43,831 nucleotides of DNA from a virus (taxonomy: Duplodnaviria; Heunggongvirae; Uroviricota; Caudoviricetes). The position numbers and the translations under genes are program-made. The stretch is taken from IMG/VR virus record IMGVR_UViG_2711768019_000013. One strand, given 5' to 3'. The notes beneath the pieces were generated by a model that searched no databases, was not told the origin of the DNA, and saw only the letters and a list, made by a program, of their open reading frames with translations. Below are positions 1 through 11,579 of the stretch, one piece after another (positions within the stretch are counted from its first letter, which is position 1; every line of letters begins with the position of its first letter).

Positions 1-3000
1 ATACGCTATACCGTTAAAAATAATGGGCGGAATAATAATCTGGCGGTCAAAGTTATGATCATCGCTGATGGTGACTGTAACCGTACCGTCTGGTGTTTCC
101 GTGTTACCCCACGTACCGACTTTTTTCGGGAAGGCTTTTGATACAGCTTTAACGAAATCTCCTCTGACCTGGGTCGCCTCCAGCATGCCCTTAATCGTAC
201 AGTTCTGGTTAATCGTGACATTGTTGAGCGTTCCTGAGTTCGCATTCACACTACCACTGATATCCGCATTTTTAGCGGTCAGCTTTCCGTCTGATGTCAG
301 GGAAAATACCGGAGGACTGCCACCGCTGGTAATGGCGGGGGCTGTCAGGCGCTTCAGGAACACGTCGTTCATGAATATCTGGTTGCCCTGCGCCACAAAC
401 ATCGGCGTTTCATTCCCGTTTGCCGGGTCAATAAACGCGATACGGTTAGCGGCAACCAGAAACTGGCTCAGTTTGCCTTCCTCCGTGTCCTCCATGCTGA
501 GGCCAATACCCGCGACATAATGTTTGCCGTCTTTGGTCTGCTCAATTTTGACGCCCCACATCGCATTCCATTTATCGTTAGCGTCCTTCCACTCTTTCGA
601 AAACTCATCCAGTCTGCTGGCGTTATCCTCCGTCAGATCAACTTTTTCCAGCAGCTCTTTACCGAGATGGGATTCGGTTATCTTGCCTTTGAAAAAATCC
701 AGGTAACCTTCCGCATCATCGCTCGCCCGACCGACGGCCTCCACGAATGCCGATTTGCCAACGGTGTTCACACTGCGGATATAAAAGTAATAATCATGGC
801 CCGGTTTGATATTGATACTGGCGGCTATCCAGTACAGCCCCGCGCCAAGGTAGCGGGCTGTGGTTTCAACCTGCCTGATATCGGTAATCCGCGTTTCCGA
901 GAACCAGAACTCAAACTGTACCGTCGGATCATAAACCGCAAGATGCGGCGTGGCAGTTATCTGAAAATAGCCCGGCGTCAGCTCAATCCGCGACGGTGCT
1001 ACCGGTGCGGCAATCCTGAACGATACCGACGCCGGATCGCCCTGCTGTCCCCAGGCATTTACCGCCCGGACTGTCAGCGTGTACCGTCCCAGCGCCAGTT
1101 GCGTGAAGCGGTATGTGGTTTCCGTCGTCCGGGCCGTGCTGACCAGCCGCTCACTGCCGTCATCCGCTGCCACGGTCAGGCGAAGCATAAAGCTCACCCC
1201 CTTCACCACCTTCGGCGTGTCCCAGCGCGCCAGCACCTGATATTCCCCGCTGTCTGCGGTGACTTCGGCAGTCAGGTGCTGCACCGCTGGCGGCGTGACA
1301 CCATTCACCGTGCCGCTCTGGTCGCCGTCAAAGTGCGCCCCGTTATCCACGATGGCTTCTTTTTCCGGTACATGCTGCACGGCAGTGATGGCATACGTGC
1401 CGTCATCGTTCTCACGGATACTCACACAGCGGAACAGGCGCTGGCGCAACGTCGGCAGCTTCAGCCCCCACACGCTGTATTCAGCAACGCCGTCAGGAAC
1501 ACGGCTCACTTTCACCTTCACGCCGTCGGTGACGGACTGAACCTCCACGCTGACCGGATTGCCACTTCCGTCAACCAGGCTTATCAGCATGGTACCGGAG
1601 GATGGCAGCGTGATTTCACGGTCGAGCGTCAGCGTCCGGGTCTGGCTGTTTACCGCCAGCACGCGCCCGCCGATGCTGATACCCGCATAGTCATCATCAC
1701 AGATTTCAATGACATCGCCCGGCACATGGCGAAGCCCTTCTGCGCCCACGCTGAAGTCCACGGTCTGCGTTTCCAGCAGTTCTGTTTTAATCAGCCACAG
1801 CCCGGCGCGGTGTGCCTGCCNNNNNNNNNNNNNNNNNNNNNNNNNNNNNNNNNNNNNNNNNNNNNNNNNNNNNNNNNNNNNNNNNNNNNNNNNNNNNNNN
1901 NNNNNNNNNNNNNNNNNNNNNNNNNNNNNNNNNNNNNNNNNNNNNNNNNNNNNNNNNNNNNNNNNNNNNNNNNNNNNNNNNNNNNNNNNNNNNNNNNNNN
2001 NNNNNNNNNNNNNNNNNNNNNNNNNNNNNNNNNNNNNNNNNNNNNNNNNNNNNNNNNNNNNNNNNNNNNNNNNNNNNNNNNNNNNNNNNNNNNNNNNNNN
2101 NNNNNNNNNNNNNNNNNNNNNNNNNNNNNNNNNNNNNNNNNNNNNNNNNNNNNNNNNNNNNNNNNNNNNATACAGCGCATCGCCGAGCAGAAATCACTGA
2201 GCACATCCCACGCCTTGCGCTGTGTGGTCAGGTACGCATTACAGGTGATGCGCGGCTCCGTGCCGCCAAAGCCGTCCGGCACTGACTGGTCGCAGTACTG
2301 GCCGATGACATACAGCGCCCATTTGTCCACATCCGCCGCACCAAGACGTTTCCCCATGCCGTAGCGCGGGTGGGTCAGCATATCCCACAGACACCAGGCC
2401 ATGTTGTTGCTGTATGCTGGTTTTAACGTTCCGTCCCAGATACCGCTGTATTGTCGCGTCTGCGGGTTATAGTTCGACGGCACCTGCAGAATGCGCCCGC
2501 GAAGATGATAATTACGACTCACCTGCTGGCTGCCGAACTGCTCCGAGTCCACCTGTACGCCGACCAGTGCAGTGTTCGGGTAGCACTGTTTCACATCGAT
2601 GATTTCGGTGTATGACGACCAGAGCGTTTTGTTCTGCAGCTGGTCTGTGGTGCTGTCCGGTGTCATCCTGCGCATCCGGATACTGAACGGGCGCGGAGGC
2701 AGGTTATCCACCACCACCGAGACCAGATACTGCGAGGTGGTTTTGCCCTTAATGGTGATGTCTTTTTCCGTCACCCAGCCACCGTTACGCTGTATCTGAA
2801 CCAGCAGGCGGACTTCCGACGGATTCCTGTCTCCCTTTGAGGTGGTTTCCACCAGTGCCTGTACACCGAAGGTAAAGCGCAGACGGTCGATGTTTGCCGA
2901 CGTGATGGTCCGGGTGATCGGCGTGTCATATTTCACTTCCGTACCCAGCACCGTCTCGGAGCCGGAGGATTCAAATCCCTCCGGCGGTGACTGCTCCTGC

Positions 3001-3215
3001 TCACCTGCCCGGAACACCACCGTGACGCCGGAGATGTTGGTATTCCCCTCACTGTCCAGCACCGGCGTACTGTTCAGCAGCACGCTTTTTAATCCATCCA
3101 CCGGACCTTCAACCGGCCCTTCGCTGATGGCATCGATCACACTCAGCAGCTGCGTGGACTTCAGGTTGTCCTTCGCTTCGCGCGGGGTATGCCCCTTACT
3201 GCTGCCTTTACCCAT
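1..3215 (-). CDS. J: Tail tip host-specificity protein J (central tail fibre), partial; N-terminus at 3215, C-terminus runs off the window start; interrupted by gap 1821-2169
   Basis: Minus-strand ATG at 3213-3215 gives [24 protein letters not shown]..., lambda gpJ-like. The same strand stays open below the gap ([20 protein letters not shown] near 1741-1800; [12 protein letters not shown] at 1-60). Track ORF 520-2364 (+) is the antisense frame. Confidence 0.85.
1821..2169. other. Assembly gap (349 N) inside J
   Basis: Run of n characters; length not a multiple of 3, so ORF-track frames across it are unreliable. Confidence 0.99.
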
Positions 3216-3237
3216 TCCTCACGCTCCATAAACGACA

Positions 3238-3257
3238 AAACCGCCCGGAGGCGGTTT
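3238..3257 (-). terminator. GC-rich hairpin between I and J (8-bp stem, 4-nt loop); weak terminator or RNA structure
   Basis: Plus-strand aaaccgcc-cgga-ggcggttt is a perfect inverted repeat; on the minus strand it is followed by a U-containing tract (TGTCGTTTAT), not a clean U-run. Confidence 0.3.
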
Positions 3258-3275
3258 CACATAAAACATTTTGCA

Positions 3276-3928
3276 TCAGCGACCAATCACCACAACCTGA
3301 CCACCATCCCCTTCGTCTGCCGTGCTGATCTCCTGAGAAACCACACGTGACCCCACGCGCATTTCCCCGTACNNNNNNNNNNNNNNNNNNNNNNNNNNNN
3401 NNNNNNNNNNNNNNNNNNNNNNNNNNNNNNNNNNNNNNNNNNNNNNNNNNNNNNNNNNNNNNNNNNNNNNNNNNNNNNNNNNNNNNNNNNNNNNNNNNNN
3501 NNNNNNNNNNNNNNNNNNNNNNNNNNNNNNNNNNNNNNNNNNNNNNNNNNNNNNNNNNNNNNNNNNNNNNNNNNNNNNNNNNNNNNNNNNNNNNNNNNNN
3601 NNNNNNNNNNNNNNNNNNNNNNCACACCGCCACTTTTGGCACCCGCCAGACGCGGAACGATGTGGATCACGGCACCATTTGCCAGCGGTTCATTAAGACG
3701 GGCAGATAATTCATTTTCGCCTGCATCACGCCCGGCAATGCGCACCTGATACCAGCCGTCGCTCAGTTTCTGACGAAATGCCGGGAGCTGTGTGGCCAGT
3801 GCCCGGATGGCTTCGGCCCCCGTTTTCACACGAAGGTCGATGCGGCGGCCAAATCGCTGCAAATCCCCGTAAAGGCAGATGCGTGCCATGCCCGGTGACG
3901 CCAGAGGGAGTGTGTGCGTCGCTGCCAT
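3276..3928 (-). CDS. I: Tail assembly protein I (lambda gpI-like); interrupted by gap 3373-3622
   Basis: N-terminus MAATHTLPLASPGMARICLYGDLQRFGRRIDLRVKTGAEAIRALATQLPAFRQKL...; minus-strand translation of 3276-3372 gives ...YGEMRVGSRVVSQEISTADEGDGGQVVVIGR then TGA (3276-3278), the gpI C-terminus. Track end 3287 is a frame artefact of the gap. Confidence 0.8.
3373..3622. other. Assembly gap (250 N) inside I
   Basis: Run of n characters. Confidence 0.99.
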
Positions 3929-4569
3929 TTGTCGGTATACCTCTCTCGTTTGCTCAGTTGTTCAGGAATATGGTGCAGCAGCTCGCCGTCACCACAGTAA
4001 ATGGCGGCATGATTCGGCACCGATGAACCAAAACAGCACAGCAGCACATCGCCCGGCTGCGCCGTTGACAACGGCACCTGATACAGCCCTGTAGCCTCCA
4101 GATTATCCAGATAGAGATTCTGACCATTACGCCACCAGTCGTCCTCACGATGAAAATCTGGCATCTCAATTCCCGCCAGATGGTAAGCGTCCCGGAACAG
4201 CGTGTAACAGTCCGTCACCCCGTGCTCAAAGCGCCGCCCGGTGAGATGCGGCACACAGCGGAACTTGTGAATCGCCCCCCGGCAGACCAGCCACCACGGC
4301 AAATCACTCTGCACCTGCAGCCGCCGGTCGGCCTCACTCAGCCAGGGCAGACCACCGGGGTGGCTGTGGACCAGCGCCACAATCTCACCCTGCATCTCTG
4401 CCTGCAGCCAGTCCTCCGGAGCCATCCGGAAATACTCCTCCGGCTCACCGGAAATATTCACGCAGGGAAAATATCTTTCCCCCTCCGGTGTTCTCACCAC
4501 GAAGCCGCACGACTCCGCTGGCGCACATCGCCGGGCGTGCGCCAGAATCGCTGATTCTGTCTGTGTCAT
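3826..4569 (-). CDS. K: Tail tip assembly protein K (JAB/MPN plus NlpC/P60-like)
   Basis: MTQTESAILAHARRCAPAESCGFVV... HSHPGG motif; lambda gpK family; sits between L and I. Confidence 0.8.
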   Translation of the reverse strand: MTQTESAILAHARRCAPAESCGFVVRTPEGERYFPCVNISGEPEEYFRMAPEDWLQAEMQGEIVALVHSHPGGLPWLSEADRRLQVQSDLPWWLVCRGAIHKFRCVPHLTGRRFEHGVTDCYTLFRDAYHLAGIEMPDFHREDDWWRNGQNLYLDNLEATGLYQVPLSTAQPGDVLLCCFGSSVPNHAAIYCGDGELLHHIPEQLSKRERYTDKWQRRTHSLWRHRAWHASAFTGICSDLAAASTFV

Positions 4570-4574
4570 GGGAT

Positions 4575-5273
4575 TTACTGCGAAAGTTTGTTAATGGAAA
4601 GGAAGCCGCCAAAGTTGCCGACGTTATTGCGGAACTTACAACCGCTCAGGCATTTGCTGCATTTATCCTTCGTGATATCGGACGTTGGCTGGTCATATTC
4701 ATCCGCGACAGCCGGACCGTGATAACCGCACTCATCACCGCGATAGGTCCAGGTGCAGGTATTAGCAAGCATGATGCGCCCCGGAAAAACAGCGCCGTCC
4801 GTTTCCGTCGGCGTGGACAGTACAAAGGAGGCACTGACCGCGCTCAGTTCGCTGCACTGCTCAATACGCCAGCGGCTGATCACCTCCTGCTCCGGATCGG
4901 CGTCACTGTTTCCGTTGACGAAGTTCACCGCATCCAGAAAACGGGCGTAAACCTTACGCCTGACCACCGTTCCGCCGACCAGACTCTGCAGGTCTTCCGC
5001 CATCCCGGTGACCATGCCGTGCAGATTAGAGACTTTCAGCGTTGGCCTTGCACTGGCACCTTTGCCGTTCATCTCAAATCCACTCCCCTGAATGGGATAG
5101 GCCTGATACTGCCGACTCTGCCAGGTGACAGACTCTCCTTTCTCGTTCTGCTCATTGCAGAAAAAGTAGCGATCCCCGCCTACCTCGGTCAGGTCGATTT
5201 CCCAGAGCACCACGCTGGCCGACTGCTCCGCACGAATGCATTCATTCAGCGTTTCCTGTTGTATGTCCTGCAT
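4575..5273 (-). CDS. L: Minor tail protein L
   Basis: [52 protein letters not shown]... ends ...FGGFLSINKLSQ; lambda gpL-like with Cys cluster. Confidence 0.85.
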   Translation of the reverse strand: MQDIQQETLNECIRAEQSASVVLWEIDLTEVGGDRYFFCNEQNEKGESVTWQSRQYQAYPIQGSGFEMNGKGASARPTLKVSNLHGMVTGMAEDLQSLVGGTVVRRKVYARFLDAVNFVNGNSDADPEQEVISRWRIEQCSELSAVSASFVLSTPTETDGAVFPGRIMLANTCTWTYRGDECGYHGPAVADEYDQPTSDITKDKCSKCLSGCKFRNNVGNFGGFLSINKLSQ

Positions 5274-5611
5274 CAGATCACCACTTCGTCAAACTGACAC
5301 GAAAAATCGGTATAGGTGATATGTTCTGTCGCTGACCACGTTCGACACACCACTCTGATTTTTCTGTTAATACCCGGCGGGCGCCAAAAAAAAGATTTAT
5401 AGCCTTCATGCCGGGCTAAAAATTTTTCAAATGAATCACGTTCATTCGCCTCAACTTTGAAATCACAGGTGAAAACGCGCAGAGAATGATTAAGTCCATT
5501 TGGACTTCGTTGCTCATAACCATCACCAAATCTTACAGTTTTTATCGATGGTTTATTTTCTGTTTTCATTCCATCCTCTGGTAACCAGTGAAATTCTTCC
5601 GTATTAGCCAC
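5273..5611 (-). CDS. M: Minor tail protein M; track start is GTG at 5611, an internal ATG at 5569 (MKTENKPS...) with an upstream GGA is the more likely start
   Basis: ...[19 protein letters not shown]...FFWRPPG...FDEVVI resembles lambda gpM; position between tape measure and L. Confidence 0.7.
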   Translation of the reverse strand: MANTEEFHWLPEDGMKTENKPSIKTVRFGDGYEQRSPNGLNHSLRVFTCDFKVEANERDSFEKFLARHEGYKSFFWRPPGINRKIRVVCRTWSATEHITYTDFSCQFDEVVI

Positions 5612-8600
5612 TTAACATTCCCCCATCACGTCGCATATTTAACAGATTGCCCTGCACCCGCTGATCAACCATCCCCATAAGTGCTTTTATTGCCTGAGGG
5701 CCAATCTCTCCATTCTGGCCGTCATTTTGAATAGTGATTTGGTATACAGGGGCATAGGTAATATCTCCGCCTCCATTACCACTTTTACTATTAATAGCTC
5801 TGACACCAAGAGAACCATCGGAAGTTCGTGTTAATGGCATAATGGCTTCCGGTCCAGCCTCACCAAAAACACCAGCCCCTTTTGCAAAAGCAAAAAATTG
5901 CGGGGAATCATAAATACCGTTCGAATACGTGCTCAATGACGGAGACTCATAAACACCGCCCTTTGCATTCGGAATAAATTTACTAATAGCACTCCCGATA
6001 GTTCCTAAAATCCCCCCAGAAGAACTGTTACTAATGCTGTCGAAAATCCCAGTAATTGAAGCCTTTAATGCTATTCGACTAAGATCCGAAATCACGGAAG
6101 TAGCGAAAGAACGAAAATTTGCCTTGCCTGTCGTGACAAAATCACCCAGCGCATCGGTCATCCCATCAAACATCTGAGTCGTGGTTGATTTTATCTGCTC
6201 ACTGATATCCTTAGTGTCATCCAGCCAGTTATTGAATCCCTGGGAGGCACCACTAACCCAGTCTCCTGCCTGAATATCGAGCTGCTCGTTTTTCTGTCTG
6301 ACAATTTCTTTTTCCCGTTCCAGAGCATCATTCAGAGCCTGCATTTTCTCTTGAAAAACATGATCTGACATTCCACGGGATTTATCTGCATAGTCACGTT
6401 CAAGTTGCAGACGCTGATTGTTATATCCATGTTCAATCCGCAGTAATTCCTGCTGGCGTTGCTGATTTTTATCGCCAACCCCATAACCAGCAATCTGAAT
6501 ATCATACCCCTGCTGACGATTATCAATCGAAGCCTGCAATGAATCACGCCATGCTGTTATTTCGGCGGATTCCTTGATTAGCCTGTTATTTTTTTCAATC
6601 GCAACATTTTTCTCCATCAACGTGGTTATTTCTTCCCGGTGTAAGAGAAGCGATTTCTGATCCTGGGTTAATTTCGATGATGGTCGTGACTCTAGGTCGG
6701 CAATCCGCTGACGCCACTTAACCAGTTCCTGTTCAGAGGAACTTAATTTAACGGTCAACTCAGCTTGTGAACTTAGTAACGCATTCTGTTGATTCAGATG
6801 ATCAATCATTCGTTGGGCTGCATCATCAGAATAACCTTTCGCCTTTGGTTGCTTTGGATCTTTATAACGCTCATTTATTTGAGCGATAAGATTATTATAT
6901 TCTTCCTTTGAATACTGATTCTTTAGCTTTTCCAGTTTTGCAAGTTCACTAGCTCTCTGCTGCTCCCGGGTCTGATATTGTTTTGAAAAGGCATCTGCTC
7001 TCTGTCTGAGTTCAATTCCTTCCTGTTGTCGCTTGTTGTAATCGTTTATTGATGAATTTAGTACGTCCTGAGCAATTTTTTCTGCTTGAAGTACGCCCAA
7101 TTGCTGCTTTAATCGTGCCAGCCTTTTATTTTGAGCTCCGCCATCTCCAATGCCACCTAACCCGAAAACTCCGGGTCGGGTATTTTTTTCTATTTCATCA
7201 ATTTGACGGAGAACATCTGAGATTTTTTGATCAAGGGAGGCCTCACGGCCAATATCCAGCATGGAATCCCATGCCCATTTTGCGGAGTCTGCGACAGCTT
7301 TCCATGCAGTCTCAAGATAACCAAGATTTTCTTTAATCTGGTTGGTGCGCTGGATCATTGAGGATGAGTATTCTTCTGTCGCAATGCGGGCGGCCTCCTG
7401 CTGGTTCCCTTCATCCTGTAGCGCCTTAATCTGGTTATAAGTCGCAAGTGTCAGAAAATGGTACTGATCATTAAGTTTTGATATGGCACTGACAGGATCC
7501 TTTGCAATTTCATTGAAGTCATTAACCAGTTGTTCGGTTGATATTCCTGTTACTTCGCTCGTTTTTACTATCGCTGTCGTCACTTGCTCCAGCGAACTGC
7601 TCGCTACCTTTCCCGAACGCACAAGCTGATTTAATACTGCCGCCGCAGCACCAGTTGTCGAATCAGCCGCATTCCCGGCACGTTGAGCTATATCGCCCAA
7701 TTGCCCGCTGGTTGTCCCCAACTGATTTCCGGTAAGAATAAGAGATTTATTAAATTCGTCCTGCTCCTGAGAGCCTTTATAGTAAGCCAGTCCTAAGACC
7801 CCAACGGCTGCTGCGGCCAGGGTAAAAGGATTAATTAATCCCAGCACATAAGAACCTACACCTTTGATCGCCGGGCCAATCCCACCGAACATATCTTTTA
7901 GCTGGCCGCCCTGCTGCATTAACACCATAAATGGCGACTGACCAGTGGACAACCCAACAACAATATCCGTCATTTGTACAGGCAACATGCGCATAGCAAA
8001 AGCCGTTTGTTTTGCCGACATTCCGGTTTTGCTTAATTGTGATTGAGTAACCTCAAGCTCACTCCGCATAGCACGAAGTTTTCCAGAAAGCTCCTCATAC
8101 ATTTCAGGAGAAAGCATCCCCTTAGCTTTTGCTTCATTGAGCTGTTTCTGTTGTTCTACCAGACGATTAAAAGCAGTTCCGACAGGATCAAGTTGAGCAA
8201 TCAGACGTTGCAAAGCAACAACCTGTTCATCATGCGCTTTTGCTGCTTCTCGCTCTGCCTGAGCCTCTCCGGTAAGCTCTCGCCGTGTTTCCTGTATTTT
8301 TCGGCTATAATTCTCAAACTGAGAACCATTTATTTTCCCGGATGCAAACGCAGCATTAAGTTCATCATGCTGTTGTTCAAGATTTCTTAGCGCCGCAGCC
8401 AGAGGGTCGATCTTGTCCAGCATTCTTTGAAAGGCCTGAGCCTGCGCTTCCTGCTGGGCGGCAGCAAGTTTTCCGGCCTTCTCGGCTTCTCTCTGCGCTT
8501 GCGCAACCCCGCTCAATTCCTCTGTGGTTTCATTAAGTTTACGGACAAGAAATTCATATTCTTCTTTATCAATAAGCCCTTTATCGAAAAATTTCTTTAA

Positions 8601-8837
8601 TTCAGAATAGCGTCGACCGACAGTATCAATTGCGGCACCAACTGGATCAATAGCTGCTTTTAATTTTGCGAGCGCGTTCTTCTCATCTTCTGTTGCCTTA
8701 GTCACTTTCCCTGCGCTATTTGCAGCAGTTTCCCCAGCCTGCGTCATTTTGACTAATGAGGAGGTCAGATTGTCAGCATTATTTTTCGCTCCAGTGCTAT
8801 CAATAATTATTGCGAGACGCGAGGTTTGCTCTGCCAT
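5604..8837 (-). CDS. H: Tail tape measure protein (1077 aa)
   Basis: Long coiled-coil-rich ORF with A/Q/E/K repeats and a hydrophobic central segment, downstream of the G/T chaperone pair. Confidence 0.85.
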   Translation of the reverse strand: MAEQTSRLAIIIDSTGAKNNADNLTSSLVKMTQAGETAANSAGKVTKATEDEKNALAKLKAAIDPVGAAIDTVGRRYSELKKFFDKGLIDKEEYEFLVRKLNETTEELSGVAQAQREAEKAGKLAAAQQEAQAQAFQRMLDKIDPLAAALRNLEQQHDELNAAFASGKINGSQFENYSRKIQETRRELTGEAQAEREAAKAHDEQVVALQRLIAQLDPVGTAFNRLVEQQKQLNEAKAKGMLSPEMYEELSGKLRAMRSELEVTQSQLSKTGMSAKQTAFAMRMLPVQMTDIVVGLSTGQSPFMVLMQQGGQLKDMFGGIGPAIKGVGSYVLGLINPFTLAAAAVGVLGLAYYKGSQEQDEFNKSLILTGNQLGTTSGQLGDIAQRAGNAADSTTGAAAAVLNQLVRSGKVASSSLEQVTTAIVKTSEVTGISTEQLVNDFNEIAKDPVSAISKLNDQYHFLTLATYNQIKALQDEGNQQEAARIATEEYSSSMIQRTNQIKENLGYLETAWKAVADSAKWAWDSMLDIGREASLDQKISDVLRQIDEIEKNTRPGVFGLGGIGDGGAQNKRLARLKQQLGVLQAEKIAQDVLNSSINDYNKRQQEGIELRQRADAFSKQYQTREQQRASELAKLEKLKNQYSKEEYNNLIAQINERYKDPKQPKAKGYSDDAAQRMIDHLNQQNALLSSQAELTVKLSSSEQELVKWRQRIADLESRPSSKLTQDQKSLLLHREEITTLMEKNVAIEKNNRLIKESAEITAWRDSLQASIDNRQQGYDIQIAGYGVGDKNQQRQQELLRIEHGYNNQRLQLERDYADKSRGMSDHVFQEKMQALNDALEREKEIVRQKNEQLDIQAGDWVSGASQGFNNWLDDTKDISEQIKSTTTQMFDGMTDALGDFVTTGKANFRSFATSVISDLSRIALKASITGIFDSISNSSSGGILGTIGSAISKFIPNAKGGVYESPSLSTYSNGIYDSPQFFAFAKGAGVFGEAGPEAIMPLTRTSDGSLGVRAINSKSGNGGGDITYAPVYQITIQNDGQNGEIGPQAIKALMGMVDQRVQGNLLNMRRDGGMLSG

Positions 8838-9002
8838 TTATTAAAACTCCTGACAACAAAAAACCCACCGCGAAGTGGGTTTCAGGCGACATAATAGTAG
8901 ATATAGCGATTACGAGGCCACGCAATGCTTTTCTCCAGGAGCATCATCGATTTAATTAAAGACACCATCACATCTCTGTAACAGAGTGTACGTAATTAAC
9001 AA

Positions 9003-9323
9003 CTACACACACTGCTCCTGAAAATACTGGTCATCCAGTGCAAAGATCACTGCTTCAAATTCATCGCGCTCAATCAATACCGGATGAGTGGCTAAATATT
9101 CATTTATCTCTGTCAGAGATAAAGGCAAAGGCACCCCAGCCATTCCAGCATAACGTCGGGCACGGGATATTACCGAATAGGCGTACAACAACTCCTTAAG
9201 CACCGGGTCTATTTCTGGTTCCGGTATCGGTGGCAACCTGAGTTTTTCTCGCTTCCATCTTGCCTTTTCCCCCCTTTCTCCCCCGAACTCCGATAACCAC
9301 CGCTGGGCAGCTATGGCTTTTTT
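9003..9323 (-). CDS. T-like extension of the tail assembly chaperone, reached by a programmed -1 frameshift from G
   Basis: ORF in the -1 frame relative to G, open from the slippery site to the stop at 9003; no independent start with a ribosome-binding site. Confidence 0.6.
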   Translation of the reverse strand, partial: KKAIAAQRWLSEFGGERGEKARWKREKLRLPPIPEPEIDPVLKELLYAYSVISRARRYAGMAGVPLPLSLTEINEYLATHPVLIERDEFEAVIFALDDQYFQEQCV

Positions 9324-9760
9324 ATCGTATCCTGCTTCTGCTGCTCTTTACCCTGGGCGATGCTGGCTGCTTCTGCAAGGATCTGCCAGTACAACTCTGG
9401 ATTCTGCTTAAGCAGCGCGATCCCTCGTTCTGCCGTATATTCCAGTGCAACCTCAACACCATTAACCAGTTCACCAACCCCTTTCCAGTCTTTCAGCAGA
9501 TAACGAGCGGCATTATCAATGAGTAAATCATCAACAGAATCCACCTCGGAAACCTTTGAAATATCAAACTCCTTCGTTCCGACGTGCAAACTGGCATCCA
9601 TTTTCTCAATGTGGCGACGGATTAATGCATTACGGGAGCGATACTGATCGTTATCGCTGCTTGCCACCAACAGTTTTAACCCGTCTACAGGTTTTAAGTC
9701 CTTCATTGGCGTAAACCAGCGTTCTCCACCAATGATAATTTTCTGATTAAGAATAAACAT
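9311..9760 (-). CDS. Tail assembly chaperone (G-like)
   Basis: Between major tail and tape measure genes; ends at the slippery site; start taken at MFILNQ (ATG 9760). Confidence 0.65.
   Translation of the reverse strand: MFILNQKIIIGGERWFTPMKDLKPVDGLKLLVASSDNDQYRSRNALIRRHIEKMDASLHVGTKEFDISKVSEVDSVDDLLIDNAARYLLKDWKGVGELVNGVEVALEYTAERGIALLKQNPELYWQILAEAASIAQGKEQQKQDTIKKP
9317..9323 (-). promoter_or_regulatory. Slippery heptamer A_AAA_AAG for the -1 frameshift G to G-T
   Basis: Plus-strand ctttttt at 9317-9323 is AAAAAAG on the minus strand, in the last codons of G (..ATA AAA AAG CCA TAG); the -1 frame continues KKAIAAQRW...PPIPEPEIDP... Confidence 0.6.
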
Positions 9761-9820
9761 CCATAACCTCATTCAATGCGTCCCCCTGTAGGGCAGTACC
9801 ACAGGAGGAATAACGGAAAA

Positions 9821-10783
9821 TCAACTAATCGCCTCAGCACTGGCTTTTGCGATCACGGCAGCCGGGGAATTTTTTTTTCTGGTTATCGTAGGTGCTTCAT
9901 CTGCTGCGGTAATGCTCAATTGAACCTGGATAATGTCGCTATTACCCCCATCAGGCCATTCACCTGACACCTGAACCTTCGGGAAACTGAAAGTGTATGC
10001 CCCCTCTCCATTCGAAAGCGTGAAGCTGAACGGAACTGTTTCTCCAGTCAGTGTTTTACTCCAGATTTCCCACGCGGCTTTAGACCATGAAAGCGTCACC
10101 GTACCGGACGGTGTAAAAGTAGTCGGAATATTTGCTCCTGCATAAGGCGAGCCAGTCCCGATACAACGCTGTGTCTGGAGTTTGTTATCGAACTGAATAT
10201 CAAAACTGTCGATACAAAAACCGTTACCTCCGGCAACACCATTCAGGCTTACTGCTGAAACCTCCTTAAACGAATAACGTAGCTTTCCTGCACTATCCAC
10301 AGGTTCGCCTTTGATAAAATTCGTATCATCGGCCTTTGATTCCCAGTCCAGTCCGGCAAAGGTTACGGTCGCTGTAATATCGCCGTCGTTAGGGATCTGC
10401 ATTTTCCATGAGCCAACCTGCGCTCCTCTGACGACAGAGGCAATTCCGACATCGGACGCATAGGTCGCCAGAGAAAATGTTATTCGCTCATTCCCCATTG
10501 TCAGAGAATCGCCTGACCATTCCGCGCCGAAACAGGATGCAAGAAAATCATCATGTTGACCCCAGCGAAATTTGGTACCAACATCACCGCCGACATCCAC
10601 AGTGCCAGGCGTCGCCCCCTGAGCCATCCGGGAGCCACCAATCTCATTATTTTCGCCTTTATTCTGGGTGGGTTTTACTCCCCAGCTTGTGCGTTTTAAT
10701 AAACTCCAGTCACCACTTGCTGGCGTAGTGCCTGCAACCGTCTCCCGGATAAATGCCGAGATAACCTTTGCACCTGAACTCAC
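9821..10783 (-). CDS. Major tail (tube) protein, 320 aa
   Basis: Position upstream of the chaperone pair; Gly/Thr/Ser-rich beta-type composition. Confidence 0.55.
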   Translation of the reverse strand: MSSGAKVISAFIRETVAGTTPASGDWSLLKRTSWGVKPTQNKGENNEIGGSRMAQGATPGTVDVGGDVGTKFRWGQHDDFLASCFGAEWSGDSLTMGNERITFSLATYASDVGIASVVRGAQVGSWKMQIPNDGDITATVTFAGLDWESKADDTNFIKGEPVDSAGKLRYSFKEVSAVSLNGVAGGNGFCIDSFDIQFDNKLQTQRCIGTGSPYAGANIPTTFTPSGTVTLSWSKAAWEIWSKTLTGETVPFSFTLSNGEGAYTFSFPKVQVSGEWPDGGNSDIIQVQLSITAADEAPTITRKKNSPAAVIAKASAEAIS

Positions 10784-10809
10784 AGGAGCCTCCTATGTCA
10801 TTAATTGCG

Positions 10810-11202
10810 CTAGAGCGCGCGATATGGAATTTGAAGATTAAGCTGGAACCAGCCATTCTTTTCGCCAACGGCTATTGAGGAAACAGCCTGGTAACTGAGA
10901 CGATCGTCATCCTGAAACTCAAACAGTTCCCGCAATTTATCGGCTGTCTCAGTAATGAGTTTTGAACCAGAACCTGCGGGGACAAATAACTGAATAATGA
11001 TTATCCCCGTGCGATAAACAACCGGCCCCGCGCCAATTTCATTAACTCCAGCCTGCCCGGGAATATTACTTAACCGCGCCCAGATTAACTTACCGGAAGG
11101 ATCGAACGTTGGCCCGTTCGGATACAATACGTCTTTTCCATCAATAATCGTCTGTGCCGTCATTCTGGAAATAACCGTATTTCTGATTTCAGTAAACTTC
11201 AT
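10810..11202 (-). CDS. Tail completion / tail terminator-like protein
   Basis: Synteny only (immediately upstream of major tail gene); 130 aa. Confidence 0.4.
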   Translation of the reverse strand: MKFTEIRNTVISRMTAQTIIDGKDVLYPNGPTFDPSGKLIWARLSNIPGQAGVNEIGAGPVVYRTGIIIIQLFVPAGSGSKLITETADKLRELFEFQDDDRLSYQAVSSIAVGEKNGWFQLNLQIPYRAL

Positions 11203-11579
11203 TTGTAAGCCTGTAAAACACCATGAAAAGCGTTGGCATACACGCCAGTTGGCGCTTGTTGTGAATGACCGTTTTCAAGAGCCTCTGCATAAGGAAGGTT
11301 ATTCTGGATATAAATAACCCCGTAATTTGCAGCTTTCGAAATAACCCCGATCCCACGCTGAACAGCAATCGTACCGTTCGGATCCACGTTATCAGATATA
11401 CCAAAATCGGGATGCTGTAACGACACCAGGTTGTTATTTCTGAAACGTCCGGTATCAACCGGAGCAGCAATATCAATAGCAGTAAGAATCTGCATAGCGA
11501 TGTAGCGAATCTTCAGCCCTACATCTTCCTCAATCATCCCGGCAAATATTGACGGTTCTATATCCCATGCCTTTGCCAT
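11199..11579 (-). CDS. Head-tail joining or tail component protein
   Basis: Synteny; 4-nt overlap with the downstream gene. Confidence 0.4.
   Translation of the reverse strand: MAKAWDIEPSIFAGMIEEDVGLKIRYIAMQILTAIDIAAPVDTGRFRNNNLVSLQHPDFGISDNVDPNGTIAVQRGIGVISKAANYGVIYIQNNLPYAEALENGHSQQAPTGVYANAFHGVLQAYK

Noticed and set aside
520-2364. Long plus-strand ORF (614 aa) and other plus-strand ORFs across 68-2364
   Set aside because: Arg-rich, low-complexity translations typical of the antisense frame of a GC-rich gene; the minus strand here encodes recognisable gpJ sequence, and the gap makes the track frames unreliable.
3287-3642. Track ORF fragments spanning the N gap (3208-3642, 3347-3709)
   Set aside because: Artefacts of translating through N; the real I gene ends at TGA 3276-3278 in a different frame from the one the track carried through the gap.
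6332-8390. Several short ORFs on both strands inside the tape measure gene (6332-6547, 7049-7336, 7538-7735, 8043-8390)
   Set aside because: All lie within the single long tape-measure frame; no ribosome-binding sites; out-of-frame or antisense noise.
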